From: Candidatus Dojkabacteria bacterium
GTDB taxonomy: Bacteria > Patescibacteriota > Dojkabacteria > SC72
Assembly: GCA_028694805.1 (NCBI GenBank)
Contig: JAQVKD010000001.1
Coordinates: 25,549-89,548, forward strand
Length of the DNA: 64,000 nt
Direction: 5' to 3'
Shown here: positions 58,179-64,000 of the stretch, piece after piece
How positions within the stretch are numbered: position 1 is the stretch's first letter
How the letters are laid out: every line of letters starts with the position of its first letter
Program-made: the position numbers and the translations under genes
Notes under the pieces: generated by a model
The model's input: the letters and a program-made list of their open reading frames with translations, nothing else
Database searches by the model: none
Told to the model about the DNA's origin: nothing

Positions 58179-59795
58179 TCAATATTCAATAATTTCTAGT
58201 TTTTTTCTCAACCTTTTTATTACCTTTCTTATCGCAATTGATACCACTATTATAGGAATCAATACAGCAATAAATCCAATTATTTGAAGATTTTTATTAT
58301 TAGGAATTCCACTATTTGGAACAGATTGAAGTACTGCTGTCGTATTATTTCCTATATTAGCTATTGAATTATTTACATCATTCGTAATTGTTGCATCTGT
58401 ATTATTCATTGATTGAACATTATCTTTCAGTCCACTTATTGCGTATACAGATGGTGTTGGCGACGATGCTTGATAATATGTATATATTCCATCAGTATTT
58501 ATAATCTTAGTATTTAACTTCCACCAATTTCCAGTATACTTCAATAATTTAACATCTTCTTTATTTAAATTATTTTCTTTAATCCAGGTATTCAACACCT
58601 TAAATTTTATTGTAATGTAGCTAATTCTCTTACTATTTATCCATATATTTTCATTAGAGTAAATTATTCCTGCAGGAATCTTATCAGCCGTGAGTGAAAG
58701 TCCTTTCAAATGTTCCAACCTTACAGTAACATCATTATCACTTAAATTCCCAATAACATCTATCTCATATATAGAGAAATTAGGTAATTCAAATAAATAT
58801 GCTACCGATTTTCCTGCAAGCATATCATTACTCTTAGTTATAAACTTCTCTATGTTATAATATGACTCAGGACTTGTTGTTCCTCCGCCACCGCCTCCGC
58901 CACCACTACTTGAACCGCTACTGCCACTAGAACCGCTACTTCCTCCACCAGACGAAGAAGATGGTTTTTTATTTACACTCCATATAATTGTCCACGTCTT
59001 CGAATCACAACCACTTTTAGCAACTGCAGTAACATTCCATTGTCCTTGTGTTGGATTTGTAATTGTGTATGTACTTACTACAGTTATACCAGATTCATTA
59101 AATACTTCTGCGCTATTTATATACCACTTAACGTACCACGATTTATTGGTATCTGATAAGTTCCCTGTTCCAAAAGTTGTTTTATCTCCAACATAACTTG
59201 AAAATGTTTGGGATGGATATGTAGTATTTTCACATAATGGTGTTGTAGGAGTTTGTGTAGGAGTTGGTGTTGCATTGTCAGGTATTGGAGTTGAATTATC
59301 AGGTATTGGAGTTGAATTATCAGGTATTGGAGTTGAATTATCAGGTATCGGTGTAGGATCGTCAGGTATTGGAATAACATCAGATGATGTAACTGGAATT
59401 ATAATCATTGCATTACTATATCCATTTTTGCTTGCTGTTGCAATTACAGCTCCTAATGATGTTGCATTTACTGGAATTGTAACTTGTCCACTTTCATCAG
59501 TTATTCCATTTCCTAAAGCCGAACCACTGAGAGATACTGTTACATCCTTTGCAGGTAACATTGGTGATGGATATACAGCTGCACATGCTTCATCTGGCTC
59601 AGAACCACATGGACGAGTAACTGTAAATGTAACATCTTTCTCAATACCTGTTGTTAAGAATTGAGTATCTGATGTAATTGTCAGATTTTCATTTGCTGCA
59701 TATGCTATTGGTATCAACAAAATTATGAGTGTCATTACTCCAAATACAGCAATTAAAGAAATCTTATCTATTGTCATTTTTCTTACTACTTTCAT
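58179..59795 (-). CDS. secreted protein: Ig-like/CarboxypepD_reg-like N-terminal domain, (IPDNSTP)x5 repeat, G/S linker, C-terminal TM anchor
   Basis: Signal peptide. 21-bp tandem repeat. GGGGSSGSSGSSG linker. C-terminal TM plus RKVIKRLRKK. Confidence 0.6.
   Translation of the reverse strand: MKVVRKMTIDKISLIAVFGVMTLIILLIPIAYAANENLTITSDTQFLTTGIEKDVTFTVTRPCGSEPDEACAAVYPSPMLPAKDVTVSLSGSALGNGITDESGQVTIPVNATSLGAVIATASKNGYSNAMIIIPVTSSDVIPIPDDPTPIPDNSTPIPDNSTPIPDNSTPIPDNATPTPTQTPTTPLCENTTYPSQTFSSYVGDKTTFGTGNLSDTNKSWYVKWYINSAEVFNESGITVVSTYTITNPTQGQWNVTAVAKSGCDSKTWTIIWSVNKKPSSSSGGGSSGSSGSSGSSSGGGGGGGGTTSPESYYNIEKFITKSNDMLAGKSVAYLFELPNFSIYEIDVIGNLSDNDVTVRLEHLKGLSLTADKIPAGIIYSNENIWINSKRISYITIKFKVLNTWIKENNLNKEDVKLLKYTGNWWKLNTKIINTDGIYTYYQASSPTPSVYAISGLKDNVQSMNNTDATITNDVNNSIANIGNNTTAVLQSVPNSGIPNNKNLQIIGFIAVLIPIIVVSIAIRKVIKRLRKKLEIIEY
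59277..59381 (-). repeat. 21-bp tandem repeat of about 5 copies (coding, IPDNSTP)
   Basis: Unit tcaggtattggagttgaattat. Confidence 0.85.
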
Positions 59796-59995
59796 TTTAA
59801 TCACTCCATTTTATTAGATAAGTTCATTACAAACTTATTTTGATGGAACGGAAGCTTGGTTAAGGGTACGTGTATGGAGACCAACTTGGCGTTCTTTCAT
59901 CATAGTATTGTAATTGTAACTAGATAAAAATAAAAAAATGAAATGCATATATCTGTATAGATACACGCACTTCAGATCGGGATTTAGTTGTTGTT

Positions 59996-61675
59996 CTACG
60001 GTATATTTGGCATTACCACTACACCAATAACAGTGTTTGGATAGCCATCTTTACTTGCCGTTACAGTTATTATTCCTGCGGTCGATGCTACCACATCTTC
60101 TATAACAGCATTTCCATTTTCATCTGTTGTTGCATGTCCAGATGCTGCACCGGTTAAGTCAATATTTACATTTTCTATTCCAACATTGTTCACTTTCACT
60201 ATGAAAGTTAGATCAGTAGGAACTCCTACTTTTATAATTGATGGTTCTTCTTTGACATCCAAAGTTGGGGTAGAAGTTCCACCATTGCCATTACCACCAT
60301 TTTCACATGGATTAGCTGGTTGCTGGCATGGCTGAGGTGTTGGTGTTGGTTCGTTGCACGTGTTCGGACATGGGGTCGGTGTTGGTGTTGGTTCGTTGCA
60401 CGTGTTCGGACATGGGGTCGGTGTTGGTGTTGGTTCGTTGCATGTGTTTGGACATGGGGTCGGTGTTGGTGTTGGTTCGTTGCATGTGTTTGGACATGGG
60501 GTCGGTGTTGGTGTTGGTTCGTTGCATGTGTTTGGACATGGTGGTGGCGGTGGTGTGCACGGATTTCCGCAAGGAGGTACTGGTGGCGGGTTAGGTGTAT
60601 TAGCTGTTGCTATTCCTGATACTGATGCATGACTGTGAAGAATCTCACATGCATTATCGTATGCTGTTACAACTACTCCACCGACATAAGTAAGGGTATA
60701 TCCTCCAGGAATGTTAGCTATTGCCAGTGAAAGCGAATTTCCATTTGCTGTTGCATGATCATCTGCAGCAGCTATTATTCCACTGTTAGCTACTGCACCA
60801 GATCCGACTGCTACTGATGTTGCAGTTCCAACCGATGAACTTGCCGTGTTTGCTTGTGCATTTGCTGACGAAGATGCAGTACCTCCATTAATTCCATAAC
60901 TCACTGCTGCTGCATTAGCATTTGCATTATTGGTTGCAGTGGATGTTGTCACTGAATTTGCGTTTCCATTATTAACACCTACTGATGCAGATGTTGATGT
61001 TGCAACACTTCCAGTGTGAGCATCTGATGCTGACACAGAGTTAGCTGTTGATCCGTAAGATGCTTCGGATGTACTTACAGACGTTGCATGACCTTTCGTA
61101 TCAGCATTTGCATTCGAAGCAGAGTTTGCATTGCTAAGATGTGTTGCAGATGCAATTGACTGAGCATTTGCAGTTGTAGCGATTCCATTTGCACTGGCAA
61201 TTGAATTCGCATTTGCTGAAGACCAGTCACTTGCTGTTGCTGCTGATGCTGCATTTGATGCTGCCTTATTTGCAGCAGTTGTTAAAGCATCTGATGTTGC
61301 AATGCTATTCTTAATTGCTGACGACGCAGCACTTGATGTTGATGTTCCACCGTTAACAGTAGTTGCTCCTGCATTTGATGTAGCTACTGAGCTGTCTACT
61401 GCTATTGATGTTGCTGATGCATCAGATGTTCCGCTATTAACTGTATTTGCATTCGCATCTGCTGTTGCTACACTTCCATGATTTGACGTAGCCTGTGCAT
61501 CAGAATGTGAAACACCACTTCCAGTTGCCTGAGAACCAGAGGTAACAGCCGACGTCGAGCCATCAGAGGCTATTGCCGTTCCTGTTGATGTTGAAGATGC
61601 TGCAAGTGCAAACGGAGATGCTACTAAAAGCAACACCATTGCAAACACAGCAATTTGTACACTGTTTTTATTCAT
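59996..61675 (-). CDS. secreted Ala/Ser/Thr-rich protein with (TPTPTPCPNTCNEP)x5 repeat and C-terminal Ig-like domain
   Basis: Signal peptide MNKNSVQIAVFAMVLLLVASPFALA. 39-bp tandem repeat. The C-terminal domain is similar to the N-terminal domain of 58179..59795. Confidence 0.6.
   Translation of the reverse strand: MNKNSVQIAVFAMVLLLVASPFALAASSTSTGTAIASDGSTSAVTSGSQATGSGVSHSDAQATSNHGSVATADANANTVNSGTSDASATSIAVDSSVATSNAGATTVNGGTSTSSAASSAIKNSIATSDALTTAANKAASNAASAATASDWSSANANSIASANGIATTANAQSIASATHLSNANSASNANADTKGHATSVSTSEASYGSTANSVSASDAHTGSVATSTSASVGVNNGNANSVTTSTATNNANANAAAVSYGINGGTASSSANAQANTASSSVGTATSVAVGSGAVANSGIIAAADDHATANGNSLSLAIANIPGGYTLTYVGGVVVTAYDNACEILHSHASVSGIATANTPNPPPVPPCGNPCTPPPPPCPNTCNEPTPTPTPCPNTCNEPTPTPTPCPNTCNEPTPTPTPCPNTCNEPTPTPTPCPNTCNEPTPTPQPCQQPANPCENGGNGNGGTSTPTLDVKEEPSIIKVGVPTDLTFIVKVNNVGIENVNIDLTGAASGHATTDENGNAVIEDVVASTAGIITVTASKDGYPNTVIGVVVMPNIP
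60336..60535 (-). repeat. 39-bp tandem repeat x5 (coding)
   Basis: Unit tgttggtgttggttcgttgca(c/t)gtgtt(c/t)ggacatggggtcgg. Confidence 0.85.
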
Positions 61676-61861
61676 ATCTTATCTCCTAATTTTGTTTCTT
61701 TAACTTTAGCTGTTTAGCACTTAACCAGGTTGCTACCCTACCATAATGATGCTATGACTGCCAGAGATTTGCATCCTTCGTCATGATGATGTTTCTCTTC
61801 ACTGTACATAGCTTTTATGACCACAATCCTTTTATTAAATATCAGGTTACATCATTTATTG

Positions 61862-61947
61862 TGACAAACAGAAGATAAAAAAAGTTCCTTTTCAGGACTC
61901 TTACTATGGGGGTGGTGGTGTAGTTAAATATCTTCTGTTTTTTGTCA
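61862..61947. other. imperfect 15-18 bp inverted repeat enclosing a roughly 50-nt G-rich loop, in a 557-bp intergenic gap
   Basis: tgacaaacagaagata ... tatcttctgttttttgtca. Confidence 0.3.
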
Positions 61948-62232
61948 TAAATGATATAACCTTTTTCAATATCAATTTGTAATTATTAAAGGTCTTGAAA
62001 CACGTATTGACAGATGGAAAGCCAAAAAAGCACTGGGTGGAATTTGGTTTTAATGGTGGTTAGTTTCCCATCTTTTGCCATATGTATCAAGACCTCATTT
62101 GTTAATTCCAATATTCATAGTGACAAGCAAGAGAACAAAAAAGAAGCTAAGTATGGAATGGGTCGTATAGTGTCGAATTCTCTTGCCTTTTATCATGAAC
62201 ATTGGAATCAATCCTTTTTTAATTCTCTGCCT

Positions 62233-62802
62233 TTATTGTGATGTTTGATGTCTTTTTTTCTGTTGTTCGTATATATTATTAGCCTCATTTTCAGGATTAA
62301 AAGCATCAATGAATTCGTCTGTATTTAAATTTGGTCTTTTGCATAGCAAATCGCTACACATTATTTCCATCAAACTCATTTTTATGTCATACTTCTCGTA
62401 TAATATGTTTGATGTCACTTTAAGCTTTTTATGAACCTTGTCAGGAATTTCCATTACATGTTGTCCACTTCCAGGAAATAAATCACGCTTATTAATTTTA
62501 GGTTTTATATCCTTTATGAGAATCTTTTCAAGCAACCTTGCATCAAAATCATTTTCTGTTAAGTATATACAAATAAACTTAATCTGATACTTATCGTCAA
62601 AGTTTTTGTGATGATGATATAATCTACTTCTGATTGATTTTGCTGAACCAACATACTTTTCTTCGGAAGAAAATGTTATTACATATGCACCACAGCTAAT
62701 AGGTGTTAAATATATGTCTTCTGGTGATATATTATCTATTACAGATTTAATGTTAATATCACAATTAATATGTGTTTTTAGTTCATTGCTTTCCATAATC
62801 AC
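62233..62802 (-). CDS. GIY-YIG nuclease-domain protein
   Basis: GAYVITFSSEEKYVGSAKSIRSRLYHHH is a GIY...YIG...R...H core. Confidence 0.65.
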   Translation of the reverse strand: MIMESNELKTHINCDINIKSVIDNISPEDIYLTPISCGAYVITFSSEEKYVGSAKSIRSRLYHHHKNFDDKYQIKFICIYLTENDFDARLLEKILIKDIKPKINKRDLFPGSGQHVMEIPDKVHKKLKVTSNILYEKYDIKMSLMEIMCSDLLCKRPNLNTDEFIDAFNPENEANNIYEQQKKRHQTSQ

Positions 62803-63350
62803 TCACTCAAAACTAACTCCTTTTTTTTATCTTTCTCCTCTTTTTCTGCTTTTATAGAATCACTTAACCACTCTGTTATATTTTCTTGTTCTTTAGCTTT
62901 TTCGATAAAAATCTTTACTATGTTACCAATAGTAACACGTATATCATATTCTGAATATAATGATGCCTGTATTTTCTTAATTTCATCATATAAATCCTTC
63001 GATATTTTTACAACTTCACTTTCTTGTACAGGAAACAAATCACGCTTATTAACTTCAGGTTTTATGTCTTTTATAAGAATCTTCTCAAGTATTCTTGAAT
63101 CAAACACATCTTCTACTAAGTATACACGAATTAATTTAATTTGATACTCTCCATTGAAACTTTCACGATGATAATTCAATCTAGTTCTTAAAGTCTTTGT
63201 TGAACCGACATATTTCCTACCACATAAAAATGTTATTATATATACACCACATTCATCAGGCAACATATCTATATCTTCTAGTGGTATGTTATCTATCACC
63301 GATGTAACACTAATATCGTAATTAATATGTGTTTTTGATTCGTTATTCAT
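62799..63350 (-). CDS. GIY-YIG nuclease-domain protein (tandem paralog)
   Basis: GVYIITFLCGRKYVGSTKTLRTRLNYHRE. 4-nt overlap with the downstream paralog. Confidence 0.65.
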   Translation of the reverse strand: MNNESKTHINYDISVTSVIDNIPLEDIDMLPDECGVYIITFLCGRKYVGSTKTLRTRLNYHRESFNGEYQIKLIRVYLVEDVFDSRILEKILIKDIKPEVNKRDLFPVQESEVVKISKDLYDEIKKIQASLYSEYDIRVTIGNIVKIFIEKAKEQENITEWLSDSIKAEKEEKDKKKELVLSE

Positions 63351-63367
63351 CTTATATCACACCTTCT

Positions 63368-63658
63368 CTAATTTGAAACAATTTTTCTTGACTCTAAATC
63401 TTCAGCATAGCACTGAACTATAGCATTTTTATGCTTCTTTAAACCAAAAGATTCAAGCATTCTGTTTAGGAGTGATTCATTCTCAATTATGTTTGTATCA
63501 TACATCTTCTTTATTATCACTATTCCATTTCCTATATATTCCACTTTCACAACATCACCAACACTTAGACCTGCTTTTTTTGAAGATATGTTTACATATA
63601 TACTATCATCGTCTTTCTTCTTTTGCTGAATTATTCGTGTGTCTGTTATTGATGTCAT
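63368..63658 (-). CDS. AbrB/MazE/SpoVT-type swapped-hairpin DNA-binding protein
   Basis: VNISSKKAGLSVGDVVKVEYIGNGIVIIKK. Confidence 0.5.
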   Translation of the reverse strand: MTSITDTRIIQQKKKDDDSIYVNISSKKAGLSVGDVVKVEYIGNGIVIIKKMYDTNIIENESLLNRMLESFGLKKHKNAIVQCYAEDLESRKIVSN

Positions 63659-63686
63659 GTTAACCTTTTTCGATTTTAATAAAGGG

Positions 63687-63729
63687 TCTTTGAGGGTACT
63701 ATACTCTAAAAGGTCTCAAAGATATATAA
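63687..63729 (-). promoter_or_regulatory. 8-bp inverted repeat (tctttgag...ctcaaaga) plus TTATATAT box upstream of the AbrB-like gene
   Basis: Seen in sequence. The spacing to the start codon is compatible with an archaeal TATA or bacterial -10/-35 plus operator. Confidence 0.25.
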
Positions 63730-63781
63730 GTCTTTTGGTATACCCAAAAAGTCTAAAATATTTAAAAAGGTAGATAAAAAT

Positions 63782-63943
63782 CTACTCTTCTTCACCTCTT
63801 TCATACTTATTCACATCTCTCTTTCCCTTATAAAATTTGTTCCCTACTCTTAAATCCTTTGTTTTTATGAAATAACCGCACTTATGACATTTTAATCCGC
63901 CATCACCAGCATATAAAACAACTCTACATCTAGGACATCTCAT
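63782..63943 (-). CDS. small Zn-ribbon protein (53 aa), not in ORF track
   Basis: MRCPRCRVVLYAGDGGLKCHKCGYFIKTKDL... has CPRC-x14-CHKC. Confidence 0.4.
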   Translation of the reverse strand: MRCPRCRVVLYAGDGGLKCHKCGYFIKTKDLRVGNKFYKGKRDVNKYERGEEE

Positions 63944-64000
63944 ATTCAAATCTCTTTTATTTTGTTCATCATAATCAATTTACTGCTAACCTGTTATTCT

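Noticed and set aside
61906-61925. tRNA-like start gggggtggtggtgtagtt
   Set aside because: It resembles a tRNA acceptor and D-arm beginning, but no D-loop, anticodon arm, or GTTCRANYC T-loop follows.
62014-62241. Plus-strand ORF 62014..62241 (75 aa) in the intergenic gap
   Set aside because: No SD, opposite orientation to every other gene, and low-complexity composition. Kept only as part of the non-coding-gap finding.

Overview
The window is 64 kb, AT-rich (roughly 30% GC by eye), and reads as one long co-oriented gene block. Almost every supportable gene is on the minus strand, and most are preceded by GGAGG-type Shine-Dalgarno motifs. I found no rRNA, tRNA or CRISPR array. The plus-strand ORFs in the track look like shadow frames.

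The content resembles a virus, provirus or mobile-element segment of an AT-rich prokaryote rather than ordinary chromosome. Archaeal, possibly DPANN-like, is a guess and cannot be proven from sequence alone.

Recognisable modules, in order:
- 0-7 kb: a small P-loop ATPase (Walker A GRTGSGKT, Walker B DEAA) that looks like a FtsK/HerA or A32-type packaging ATPase, a pectate-lyase-fold beta-helix protein, a GT2 glycosyltransferase, a ferritin-like protein and many tiny membrane proteins.
- 7-33 kb: giant fibre or adhesin-like proteins. These include a LamG plus beta-helix protein, a roughly 16-blade propeller, and a BNR protein carrying about 50 tail-fibre-like NTFVGYQAG repeats. Alongside sit a tandem GH18 chitinase-like pair, a trypsin-like protease, Ig-like and lectin-propeller proteins, and a set of Cys-rich proteins sharing a conserved C-terminal CVPK-x-Y plus TM plus basic-tail module.
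- 33-48 kb: a putative clan-CD peptidase, two tandem JAMM/MPN+ metalloproteases, a PEGA protein, three dispersed paralogs of a roughly 200-aa putative structural protein, a GT4 glycosyltransferase, a tandem array of four tiny Arg/Lys-rich proteins, and two paralogs of a Gly-rich family ending in YGMR.
- 48-56 kb: a 490-bp iteron-bearing intergenic region, a D5/P4-like primase-helicase (SF3 helicase with a degenerate P-loop), a Zn-ribbon plus PD-(D/E)xK-like protein, RHH and winged-helix regulators, a subtilisin with Big_2 domains, and a frameshifted GsiB/KGG-repeat stress-protein gene.
- 56-62 kb: secreted Ser/Thr-rich proteins with in-frame tandem repeats.
- 62-64 kb: two tandem GIY-YIG nucleases, an AbrB/MazE-like regulator and a Zn-ribbon protein.

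Several novel paralogous families are defined only by conserved C-terminal tails: WKPLSxxELN in five proteins, GIDLxSLxIAxQKG in three, and YGMR in three.

Caution: two apparent 1-nt frame disruptions fall on homopolymer runs (A6, C4), so assembly errors are possible.
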